The notes under the pieces: generated by a model
Told to the model about the DNA's origin: nothing
The model's database searches: none
What the model saw: the letters and a program-made list of their open reading frames with translations, nothing else
Shown: one piece after another, positions 6,677-15,316 of the stretch
Layout: every line of letters begins with the position of its first letter
How positions within the stretch are numbered: the stretch's first letter is position 1
Translations under genes and position numbers: made by a program
Virus record (IMG/VR): IMGVR_UViG_3300032233_001131
Location: 1-34,215 of that record
Source: a virus
Lineage: Duplodnaviria; Caudoviricetes
Strand: one strand, 5' to 3'
Length of the DNA: 34,215 bases

Positions 6677-9219
6677 TGCCTGCCCAGAAGTCGTACACGA
6701 CGATGGGGGAGTGGGCTGCCCACTACGCCAACGCCGGATTCCTCATCTTCCCCGTCGCCCCCGACAAATCGCCACTCGCCCCGAACGGCTTCTACGACGG
6801 CACCACCGACATCGCCACCATCACCAACTGGTGGCGCAAATGGCCCAACGCCCTCCTCGGTTGCCGCATCCCCGAACACGTCGTCGTACTTGACATCGAC
6901 CCCCGACACGGCGGCGACAGCACATGGCGCGAGCTCGAACAAACCTATGGGCCGATCACCACCGGTCGACAGCACATGTCGGGCCGAGGCGACGGTGGTG
7001 GACAGGTGTGGTTCATCCGCCCAGACGGTGCACTGTCGATCAAACCGCTGAACGACTGGGCACGCAAGACCGGTGTCGGGCACGCCGCAGGCCGCAACGG
7101 CTGGTCAGCCGGGATCGACATCCTCCACCACACGCAGCGCTACACGATCCTGCCGCCATCGCTGCACCCCGACAGCCAACAGCCGTACACCTGGGCGTCA
7201 AAGACAGAGCCGGTCGCCATGCCCGGATGGTTGGCGAACCTGATCCTGAAGCCGACCGCAACACCCGTCGCCCCCCGCCAGGCGTTGCGGTTGGCCGACG
7301 ACGACAGCATCGCCGACTGGTACTCGTCGACCACCACCTGGAACGACATCCTCGGGCCTGCCGGCTGGGAATGTGTGCAAGGTGACGGCGACGGAGACGG
7401 CTCCAAGTGGCGGCACCCGAACGCATCAGCAGCGACGAGCTGCTCCATCAAACACGGCTGCCTGTTCGTCTACACACCCAACACAGACTTCGCCGTCACC
7501 GAAGACGGCAGCACCACCGGCTACACCCGGTTCAGGGCGTGGGCCACCCTCGAGTTCGACGGCGACATGTCCGCAGCCGGCCGCACAGCACGCGAGATGC
7601 GCGATGGTGGCACGGTTCACCACCACCAGGCCGTCGACAACAGCGACGACGAATGGGCCGACCCGATCCCGCTCGGCGACACCGACGACATTCCCGAGTT
7701 TCCTGTCGACGTGCTACCCGACTGGATGCGCGACTACGCCATCGCCGTCGCCGACGAAATGCAAGTGCCTGTGGATATGTCGGCGGTGTTGGCACTGGTC
7801 GCAACATCCATCATCAACGCACGCCACTACCGCGTCGAAATGCTCCCCGGTGGCTGGACCGAACCGATCAACCTGTACGCCGTCATCGCCATGCCACCCT
7901 CGGCAGGCAAGTCGCCGGTCGTCAAGAAGATGCTCGGGGCGATCCTCGCCTACGAAACAGAGATGCGGCAACGGGCCGAAGAACGCCTCGAGCACTGCCA
8001 GCAGAAGCGGCGCATCATCGAAAAGCAGATGAAGAAGGCCGAAGAGAAAGGCGACATCAACGAAGCCCAGCGGTACCTCGACGAGCTCCGTCAACACCCC
8101 CTGCCCGTGATCCCACGTATCGTCGCCAACGACTCCACCCCTGAAGCGCTCGCTCAACTCATCCACGACCAGGGCGAACACATGGCGCTCGTCTCCACCG
8201 AAGGTGGCCCGTTCGACATCATGGCCGGCCGCTACAGCGAGCGCACCAACCTCGACGTGTACCTGCAGTCGTGGAGCGGTGACCCGTTCAGCGTCGACCG
8301 CATCGGCCGGCCGTCGATCACGCTCAGGTCGCCGCTGCTCACCATCGGGCTCACCGTGCAGCCGACAGTGATCGCCGCCCTGGCCGACAAGGCCGAGTTC
8401 GCAGGCCGCGGCCTCGTCGCCCGATTCATGTACTCGGTGCCACCCGACTGGGTCGGCTACCGCAACATGATCGAGATCCGCACCGTCGACCCCGTGTTGA
8501 AGGACCGCTACGACCTCGGGCTGCGCCGGATGCTTGACAGGCCAGTAGAGGACACACCGACCCTGATACCGCTGGAGCCGGCTGCGTACACCATCTTCAG
8601 CGAATGGCGACAGCAGCTCGAGTACCGGCTGTCACCCAACGGTGACCTGCGACCCATGTCCGAATGGGTCGCCAAGATGCAATCGACCGTTGCCAGGGTG
8701 GCCGCACTCATCGTCTCCGCTGCCGGTGGTGCCACTGTCGATGCCGCCACGATGGCCGGTGCCGTCCGCATCGGCGAGTACTGGCTCGCCCACGCGAAGG
8801 TCGTCCACGACATGTGGCAGGTCGACGAACGGGTGTCGCACGCCAAGGCGATCTTGCAGTGGGCGGGCGACCGGCAACTGGACAGCTTCACCGTTCGCGA
8901 CGTGTACGCATCGCTGCGGCGACGATTCCCCACAGCCGAAGACTGTCGTGAACCGCTCAACCTTCTCACTGAGCGTGGTTGGATCAGGCCGATGTTTGAC
9001 GGGCCGCTGGTCATCGGTCGACGAGGCAAGGATTCACCAGCGTTCAATATTCACCCCTCCAATGGGGCCAAAACGGTGTCTCATGCGCGTCATGCGCGTC
9101 ATGCGCGTAGAGACCCAAAAAATGAAAATCCTCCTCCTCCTGTTCCTGTCACGGAAACGGCAGTGAGCGCGCATGACGCGCATGACGCGCAACTGCCCGA
9201 CGACAACGAACTGTTCTGA
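6673..9219 (+). CDS. Bifunctional primase-polymerase fused to a DUF3987/YfjI-type helicase
   Basis: IFPV..DKSP, GFYDGT.D, VVLDIDPRHGG, ILPPSLHP; FPVDVLP, PPSAGKS (Walker A), STPEAL, STEGG, GLVARF; C-terminal winged-helix-like segment L.ERGWI. Confidence 0.88.
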   Translation: MMPAQKSYTTMGEWAAHYANAGFLIFPVAPDKSPLAPNGFYDGTTDIATITNWWRKWPNALLGCRIPEHVVVLDIDPRHGGDSTWRELEQTYGPITTGRQHMSGRGDGGGQVWFIRPDGALSIKPLNDWARKTGVGHAAGRNGWSAGIDILHHTQRYTILPPSLHPDSQQPYTWASKTEPVAMPGWLANLILKPTATPVAPRQALRLADDDSIADWYSSTTTWNDILGPAGWECVQGDGDGDGSKWRHPNASAATSCSIKHGCLFVYTPNTDFAVTEDGSTTGYTRFRAWATLEFDGDMSAAGRTAREMRDGGTVHHHQAVDNSDDEWADPIPLGDTDDIPEFPVDVLPDWMRDYAIAVADEMQVPVDMSAVLALVATSIINARHYRVEMLPGGWTEPINLYAVIAMPPSAGKSPVVKKMLGAILAYETEMRQRAEERLEHCQQKRRIIEKQMKKAEEKGDINEAQRYLDELRQHPLPVIPRIVANDSTPEALAQLIHDQGEHMALVSTEGGPFDIMAGRYSERTNLDVYLQSWSGDPFSVDRIGRPSITLRSPLLTIGLTVQPTVIAALADKAEFAGRGLVARFMYSVPPDWVGYRNMIEIRTVDPVLKDRYDLGLRRMLDRPVEDTPTLIPLEPAAYTIFSEWRQQLEYRLSPNGDLRPMSEWVAKMQSTVARVAALIVSAAGGATVDAATMAGAVRIGEYWLAHAKVVHDMWQVDERVSHAKAILQWAGDRQLDSFTVRDVYASLRRRFPTAEDCREPLNLLTERGWIRPMFDGPLVIGRRGKDSPAFNIHPSNGAKTVSHARHARHARRDPKNENPPPPVPVTETAVSAHDAHDAQLPDDNELF
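9081..9191. repeat. Inverted iteron arrays around an A-rich core, probable replication origin
   Basis: TCATGCGCG x3 (9081-9107), inverted CGCGCATGA x2 plus a partial copy (9168-9191), and AAAAAATGAAAA between them. Confidence 0.75.
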
Positions 9220-9252
9220 CCACACCACGCGACCACGCCAAGGAGACACAGA

Positions 9253-9912
9253 GTGACCCGCCACCATCACCGCTACATCCACACCCTCGAGGTCGACATC
9301 GACCGACACAACATCGACGCCCTCATCGCACACGTCAAGTACGCCGCCTCGCTCGACGAAGTCGGTGCCCACCGCCAGGACGGCTGGCCGTCAATGGCAT
9401 CCGGCAACGGCTCCAGCGGCGGTGGTGGTGGCCGGCGCATGTCCGTGATCGACGAGGACGGCAACCACGACGAGGTGCCAACCACATCCACCGAAGCGGC
9501 CGCCCTTGCCAACATCGACGCCCACCGCCAACCCGACCCGATTCACAACATCGTCAGGTCATCCGTCAGGGCGCTGCAACAGATCGCCGACGCCCTCAAC
9601 CGCCTCGAGGGCGACAAGGTACGCCTCCAAGCGTTGCGCTCAACCGAAGACGTTGCCGATTCGCCCCAGTGCTACATCGCTTCCGTCGTCCACCAGCTCC
9701 CCTGGGACGACGCCTGGTCACCGTTCAGGGCCACCGACTTCGACACCTACCTGCCGCACAAGTTCGACGAGCCCCGCAAGGTGTGCCGCTGGTCGTACGA
9801 GTTCGTGCGACGTTGGCGTCGACTGCCGACCGAGCACGAGATGCGCACCTACCTGTCCGTCGGTGTTGTCCGCATCCATGAGCCGGCGTCGACAAACAAC
9901 CGGACACACTGA
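9253..9912 (+). CDS. Hypothetical protein, last early gene (possible late-gene regulator)
   Basis: AAGGAG RBS and phage codon usage; function suggested only by position. Confidence 0.6.
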   Translation: MTRHHHRYIHTLEVDIDRHNIDALIAHVKYAASLDEVGAHRQDGWPSMASGNGSSGGGGGRRMSVIDEDGNHDEVPTTSTEAAALANIDAHRQPDPIHNIVRSSVRALQQIADALNRLEGDKVRLQALRSTEDVADSPQCYIASVVHQLPWDDAWSPFRATDFDTYLPHKFDEPRKVCRWSYEFVRRWRRLPTEHEMRTYLSVGVVRIHEPASTNNRTH

Positions 9913-9946
9913 CCTTCACCGTCTACCCCCACCATGCTGGGCATAC

Positions 9947-9975
9947 TTGACCGCACACGGTATCCCTGAGACGAT
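9947..9975 (+). promoter_or_regulatory. Candidate late promoter
   Basis: TTGACC, 17 bp, GACGAT upstream of the HNH/terminase operon. Confidence 0.4.
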
Positions 9976-10110
9976 GGTCTTCAGATTGGGTCTCGTGTGC
10001 AACAGCACCGAGACCCACTGTCGTTCCCGGCTCCCCTCGGTGAACGCAACGCTGCGCCCCCGCCGCACGGCAACCGCGAGCCTGGGGCGCAGCATGATCG
10101 AGAGGTGAGC

Positions 10111-10383
10111 ATGGCATCGAAGCCTGCACATCGACGTGGTACGTATCACGTGGCGTCTCGACAGATACGCCAGGCCGCCAACGCCAACAGCAACACCAGG
10201 TGCTGGCGCTGCGGTCTGACGCTTGCCGAGCACGCACCACACCACGACGGCAAGCCAGCCAAGTGGACAGCCGGCCACCTGCGCGACGGTGACCCACTCA
10301 GTCCCATGATGCCCGAGGCCAGCACCTGCAACTACTCGGCCGGCGCTCGAGGTAAGGCAAGCCGAACCACACGCCGGTGGTAG
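10111..10383 (+). CDS. HNH-like endonuclease (packaging-associated)
   Basis: GAGGTG RBS; CWRCG...WTAGH...PEASTCNYSAG; directly upstream of terS. Confidence 0.7.
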   Translation: MASKPAHRRGTYHVASRQIRQAANANSNTRCWRCGLTLAEHAPHHDGKPAKWTAGHLRDGDPLSPMMPEASTCNYSAGARGKASRTTRRW

Positions 10384-10614
10384 CGCCATGCACAGTCATG
10401 CATGAAACCTGCATGGCATGAATGTCCCCTAGTGATCTACATGCTCACCGGCACGCCTACGACCTGGGGCGACGCCGAAAAAACATGCTCTGACCTGGGG
10501 TGATTCTTTAGGGTCGAAACCGACCGCCAAAGACCGCCCTCTTCTTTTACATACACGACGCTGATGGGGGATGCATGACCATGCATCCCTGCATAAAGCC
10601 TGATCGGAGCCTGC
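10384..10614. other. Probable cos/packaging region
   Basis: Non-coding gap between HNH and terS, rich in CATG, with repeated ACATGCTC and GACCTGGGG and a 10-bp inverted repeat at 10568-10589. Confidence 0.6.
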
Positions 10615-10884
10615 ATGGGCATCGCAGACATTGCATCGTCAGGTGACCGCATCAAGACCCTTGAGGCCGTGCGCGACAAGCTCGCCGCCGACCTCGACGT
10701 TGCCCCTGCCACGGTGACGGCCCAGCTCGCATCGCAACTCTCAAAGGTGCTTGCGGAGCTTGCCGAACTGGGCGCTTCCACGAAGGTGTCGGCCCTTGAC
10801 GAACTCGCCAACAAGCGAACGAACCGGCTCGCAGCAGCCGGCATTCCTGACACTCCCCGCCGACCGGCAAGGAAGCCAGGGTGA
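10615..10884 (+). CDS. terS: Terminase small subunit
   Basis: SGDRIKTLEAVRDKLA..LD...AQLA..L..VL.EL...LDELANKR pattern, upstream of terL. Confidence 0.8.
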   Translation: MGIADIASSGDRIKTLEAVRDKLAADLDVAPATVTAQLASQLSKVLAELAELGASTKVSALDELANKRTNRLAAAGIPDTPRRPARKPG

Positions 10885-12232
10885 AGAAGCCGTAGAGCTC
10901 GCCGAGCTGGCCGGGCTGCACCTGGACGAGTGGCAGCAATGGCTGCTGACCGAGATGCTGCAGGTCAATAGTCGCGGCCGCTGGGCTGCGTACGAAGCCT
11001 GCATCGTGCTGCCCCGTCAGAACGGCAAGGGCTCGCTGCTTGAGGCCCGCCAGTTGTGGGGTTTGTTCCTCGGCGGCGAAATGCTCGCAGTCCATACGGC
11101 TCACGAGTTCAAGACTGCGTACGAACACTTCCTGCGTATTCGTTCGCTCGTTGAGAACACGCCTGCGCTGTACGAGAAGGTGGAGCGCATCCGCACCGGC
11201 GCTGGCGACCAGGCCATCGAGTTGAAGAACGGTGCACGGCTCCGCTTCATCGCCCGCTCGTCTGGCTCTGGTCGTGGTCTGACCGGCGACACGATCTACT
11301 TGGACGAAGCATTCGCCCTGACGCCCGAGATCATGGGTGCACTGCTGCCGACATTGTCGGCGGTCCCGAACCCGCAACTGGTGTACACGTCAAGCGCACC
11401 CCGGTTTTCGCAAAAAGTGCTTTTTGAGTTGGTGCAGCGTGGACGATCGCACACGTCCGAACAGTTGCTGTACGCCGAATGGGGCAACGAGCAAGGCGTG
11501 CAAGCATCCGACAAGGACGCCTGGTATCGCGCCAACCCGGCACTCGGTATCCGCATCCTCGAGCATTCGGTGCAGGCCGAGCTGGAAGCAATGCGTGCGT
11601 TTCCCGAGGAGTTCCTGCGGGAACGCCTTGGGGTGGTGCTGGAGTCCGATGCGGCCGGTGTGATCCCGCTGAACGTCTGGCGGGAACTTGCCGACCCCGC
11701 TTCGTCTGCGCCAGTCGGTGTGCCGGCTCTTGCGGTCGGGCCCGGCATGGCATGGTCGGCACTTGGCTTCGCCGGTCGTCGCCCTGACGGTTCGGTCCAC
11801 GTCGAGGTGGTGCGTCATTCGACTGGTACGGCCTGGCTGATCGACTCCTGCCGACGTGCGTATGCCGACACCGGCCACCCGATCATTCTGGACGCCAAGT
11901 CGCCATCCGGCGGTGTTGTCCAGGCGCTCACCGATGCAGGTGTCCCGGTGCAAGAAGTGTCACCAGCCCAGTTCGTTCGGGCCTGTGCGTCGTTGCAGGA
12001 AGCGGCACTGAATGGTCGCATTCACCACCTTGATCAGCCGGCGCTGAACGAAGCGATCACTGGCGCTGACATTCGCCCGGTCGGTGAAGCGTGGGCATTC
12101 TCTGCTCGAGCTTCTTCGACGGACATCACGCCACTGCTGGCCGTGACGCTCGCAGCGTCCGGTCTGGCCGATCAGACAACCACTACGGAAGCCGGGTTCA
12201 CCGACCTGTCCGACTTCCTTGACGACGATTGA
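10796..12232 (+). CDS. terL: Terminase large subunit
   Basis: LDEWQ, PRQNGKG (Walker A), GRG.TGD.IYLDEA (Walker B), ANPALG, DITPL.A.TLA. Start placed at TTG 10796 after AAGGTG, inside terS. Confidence 0.93.
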   Translation: MTNSPTSERTGSQQPAFLTLPADRQGSQGEEAVELAELAGLHLDEWQQWLLTEMLQVNSRGRWAAYEACIVLPRQNGKGSLLEARQLWGLFLGGEMLAVHTAHEFKTAYEHFLRIRSLVENTPALYEKVERIRTGAGDQAIELKNGARLRFIARSSGSGRGLTGDTIYLDEAFALTPEIMGALLPTLSAVPNPQLVYTSSAPRFSQKVLFELVQRGRSHTSEQLLYAEWGNEQGVQASDKDAWYRANPALGIRILEHSVQAELEAMRAFPEEFLRERLGVVLESDAAGVIPLNVWRELADPASSAPVGVPALAVGPGMAWSALGFAGRRPDGSVHVEVVRHSTGTAWLIDSCRRAYADTGHPIILDAKSPSGGVVQALTDAGVPVQEVSPAQFVRACASLQEAALNGRIHHLDQPALNEAITGADIRPVGEAWAFSARASSTDITPLLAVTLAASGLADQTTTTEAGFTDLSDFLDDD

Positions 12233-12243
12233 AAGGGGCCGAC

Positions 12244-12378
12244 ATGCTTGCCACCGCATTGCAAATTGCTGGTCTCATGACGATCATCACTGGCGGTTTC
12301 GTGTTGTCAGCCGGCACTGGCCTGCTCGCCCTCGGCGCAGCAGCGGTGTTCGTCGGGCTCGCTGCGGAGCGTGACTGA
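12244..12378 (+). CDS. Small two-TM membrane protein between terL and portal
   Basis: Hand translation MLATALQIAGLMTIITGGFVLSAGTGLLALGAAAVFVGLAAERD; AAGGGG RBS; TGATG coupling to portal. Confidence 0.7.
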   Translation: MLATALQIAGLMTIITGGFVLSAGTGLLALGAAAVFVGLAAERD

Positions 12379-13832
12379 TGCTGTCACGGATCTTCGCCCC
12401 GGCAACCGAGGAGCGTGCACAGTCGACGACGTGGGGCACATGGCCCGGTGACGTGTCGCCGAGTTCTGCGCCGATCGTGAACCAGTCATCGGCGATGCAG
12501 CTCCTGGCGGTCGCCGGTTGCGTGCGGCTGATCACCGATTCGATCTCAACGTTGCCGGTCGACACGTACGGCACCGACGCTTTCGGTCAGCGTGTCGAGG
12601 TGCCCAAGCCTCGTTGGCTGAAGTACCCGACGACCGATCTGGACTTCACGTCGTGGTGCACGCAGATCCTCACGTCGCTGCTGTTGCACGGCAACGCCTA
12701 CTGCGCGATCACCCGGTCAAACACGGCAATAGTGGAAGTGGTGCCGATCGACCCGGCGTTGATCATGGTGTCTCGGGCGCAGGGCCGCAAGGTGTACTTG
12801 GTCAACGGCAAAGAGTTCGCCGGTGAGATCCTGCACATCAGCGGCATGATGCTTCCTGGTGCTGATGCCGGTGTGTCGCCGTTGGAGTACGCACGCCAGT
12901 CCATCGGCCTGGGCTTGCAGGCGCAGGAGTTCGGGTCGGACCAGTTCCAGTCGTCGTTGAACATGCCGGGCGTCATCGAGTCGCCGGGCAAGATGAACCC
13001 GGATCAGATGTCGGCGATGGCGCAGGCGTGGCGCAAGGCCCGCACGAAGCGTGGACGTGGCCTGCCGGGCGTGCTCGAGGGTGGCGCAACGTGGAAGGCG
13101 ACCGGAATAAGTAACGAACAAGCCCAGTTCCTCCAGACTCGCCAATGGACCGCCGCCGAAATTGCCGCCCAGGTGTTCATGGTCGACCCGTCGGATCTCG
13201 GTATCCCGGTGGCCGGCACGTCGTTGACGTACGCCAACCTCGAGCAGCGGTCAATCCGTCGCCTGCAGGTGACGTTGTTGCCGTGGATCATTCGCCTTGA
13301 AAGCGCTGTGTCGTCGCTGCTGCCCCAGCCCCGCTACATCAAGTTCAACGTCGACGGCCTGCTTCGTGGCGATTCGTCTGCCCGCTGGATGGTCTACGAA
13401 GCGGCAAGCCGCATCAACGCCGCCGCTGTCGCCTACGGCCAGCCCCCGGTGCTGCTCACCAACGAGATGCGCGACTTCGAAGACCTGAACCCGGTTGACG
13501 CACCTGCCGTGCCGCAACCGGCCCCGACGGTGGCACCCGAGCCTGCACCGCAGACGAACAGTGCGACACCGGTGCACGTGACGGTGGTGCACAACGAGGC
13601 CGAGCAGGTGCGAGGTGAAGCGCCGGTGGTGAACGTCACGAATGACGTGCATGTGCCCGAGCTGCGTGCCGAGGTGCCGGTGGTGCACGTGCACCAGGAG
13701 CCGACAACCGTGCACGTCCCGGCAACCGAAGTGCACATCAACGTGGCCCAGCCGGAGACATCGCAAACGATCCGCACTGTGGAACGTGACGAGCACGGCC
13801 GCATCACCCGACTGATCGATGAGGTTCGCTGA
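12378..13832 (+). CDS. HK97-family portal protein with long C-terminal extension
   Basis: AV.GCVRLITDSISTLP, LLLHGNAY, GVSPL, VLEGG, AQFLQTR, EIA, YANLEQ, KFNVDGLLRGD, NEMR..EDL.P. Confidence 0.95.
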   Translation: MLSRIFAPATEERAQSTTWGTWPGDVSPSSAPIVNQSSAMQLLAVAGCVRLITDSISTLPVDTYGTDAFGQRVEVPKPRWLKYPTTDLDFTSWCTQILTSLLLHGNAYCAITRSNTAIVEVVPIDPALIMVSRAQGRKVYLVNGKEFAGEILHISGMMLPGADAGVSPLEYARQSIGLGLQAQEFGSDQFQSSLNMPGVIESPGKMNPDQMSAMAQAWRKARTKRGRGLPGVLEGGATWKATGISNEQAQFLQTRQWTAAEIAAQVFMVDPSDLGIPVAGTSLTYANLEQRSIRRLQVTLLPWIIRLESAVSSLLPQPRYIKFNVDGLLRGDSSARWMVYEAASRINAAAVAYGQPPVLLTNEMRDFEDLNPVDAPAVPQPAPTVAPEPAPQTNSATPVHVTVVHNEAEQVRGEAPVVNVTNDVHVPELRAEVPVVHVHQEPTTVHVPATEVHINVAQPETSQTIRTVERDEHGRITRLIDEVR

Positions 13833-14245
13833 TGGCTCTCTCCTACGACCTGGTGTCGATCCGCAACGCAATGCTCGACCTGATCACCACCCGAGCCGGC
13901 AACGGCGCACTGTTGCGCATCTACGACTCGACCGGAACTGGTCGCCCTGCCACCGGTGGTGCGGTCACGACGCAGGTGCTGCTCGCCGAATTGACGTGCG
14001 GCACCCCGTTCGCCGGTTCGGCTGCGTCCGGCGTGCTCACCCTGTCAAGCATCACGCAGGACTCCAGTGCCAACAACAGCGGCACCGCTACCTGGTTCCG
14101 CATCGTGAAGTCGGACGGCACCAGTTTCGTGCTTGATGGCAACGTGGGCTCTAGTGGTTCCGATCTGAACCTGACGACGACGACCATCGTTTCCGGTCAG
14201 CCGGTGTCGGTCACGTCGTTCACGATCACCGAGGGCAACGCCTGA
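13832..14245 (+). CDS. Putative virion structural protein (head/neck appendage)
   Basis: Beta-rich, G/S/T-rich; RNAMLD..LRIY..GTATWFRI..DG.VG..DLNL pattern recalled from phage structural genes. Confidence 0.6.
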   Translation: MALSYDLVSIRNAMLDLITTRAGNGALLRIYDSTGTGRPATGGAVTTQVLLAELTCGTPFAGSAASGVLTLSSITQDSSANNSGTATWFRIVKSDGTSFVLDGNVGSSGSDLNLTTTTIVSGQPVSVTSFTITEGNA

Positions 14246-14246
14246 C

Positions 14247-14630
14247 GTGGGCGCACAAGGTAAGACGACCATCGACTTCGGTGCGTTCCCCGGTTCGTCG
14301 GACACATCGGTGGCGATCACCGGCCAGGCAAGCATTCTCGCCGGTTCGCTCGTCGAGGCGTTCCTGTTCCCGGCGGTGACCGCTGACCACACCGCCGACG
14401 AGCATGTCGTCGAAACGATCAGGGTGATCGCCGGCAACGTCGTCGCCGGAACCGGGTTCACCGTCTACGCCACGAACACCTCAACGCTGAACGAGCCGCT
14501 TGAGGTCGGCGGTGTGTCGAAATTCAGAGACGCCGCCACATCGGTCTACGGCTCAGGTGGCGCACAGTCCATTGGCGGCACAGGCACACGCATCTACGGC
14601 ACCTGGTCTATCGGCTGGGTCTGGAACTAA
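14247..14630 (+). CDS. Putative structural protein
   Basis: Beta-rich ORF in the structural operon ending GWVWN. Confidence 0.55.
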   Translation: MGAQGKTTIDFGAFPGSSDTSVAITGQASILAGSLVEAFLFPAVTADHTADEHVVETIRVIAGNVVAGTGFTVYATNTSTLNEPLEVGGVSKFRDAATSVYGSGGAQSIGGTGTRIYGTWSIGWVWN

Positions 14631-14639
14631 GGACGACTC

Positions 14640-15299
14640 ATGGCGATCCAGATTCAAGGCAACGGCGGCACCGTCGCAGAAGTGGACGGCACCACGTTTC
14701 GTGCGGTGCGTGTCGTGCAGCGGCCGCTCGATCATGGTGCGTTCGGCCAGTACCAACTGTCGACCACGATCCCGCTTGTGGTCACCCAGGCCGCCAACGG
14801 CACGCTGTTCTCCTTTCGCTGGGCTGACGCCACCCGCTTGTGCGCCGTCCAGACAATCCGTTTGGAATGCCAGCAGACTGCGGCTGCGACGGCCACCATC
14901 GCCCCGGTGTTCGAAGTGTTTGCGGCACGCTCGTTCACTGCTTCGGACTCGGCCGGCACCGCCCTGACGTTGACAGGTAACAGCTTCAAGAAGCGGACCA
15001 GTCACGGCACAACGCTCGTCACCGACATCCGTAAGTCGGCGGTCGCAGCCGGCCTCACGGTTGGCACCAGAACGCTCGACAGTGAAGCGATCTTGCAACT
15101 CGGCACCGTGCAGACCATCACCAACGTGAACACGACCACCTACACCAAGACCAGTGACTTCACCGACGGCATCGACCACCCAATGGTGTTCGCGACGAAC
15201 GAGGGTTTCATCGTGAGAGGTCCGACCGTCGTGTTCGGTGCGGCCGGTACGGCCAACCTGATTCTCGAAATGCAGTGGGTCGAACTGAGCTCGTACTGA
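14640..15299 (+). CDS. Putative structural protein (beta-sandwich-like)
   Basis: AAGGAC RBS; T/A/V-rich; ends EGFIV...MQWVEL. Confidence 0.6.
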   Translation: MAIQIQGNGGTVAEVDGTTFRAVRVVQRPLDHGAFGQYQLSTTIPLVVTQAANGTLFSFRWADATRLCAVQTIRLECQQTAAATATIAPVFEVFAARSFTASDSAGTALTLTGNSFKKRTSHGTTLVTDIRKSAVAAGLTVGTRTLDSEAILQLGTVQTITNVNTTTYTKTSDFTDGIDHPMVFATNEGFIVRGPTVVFGAAGTANLILEMQWVELSSY

Positions 15300-15316
15300 C
15301 ACGAAAGGGGTAGCCC

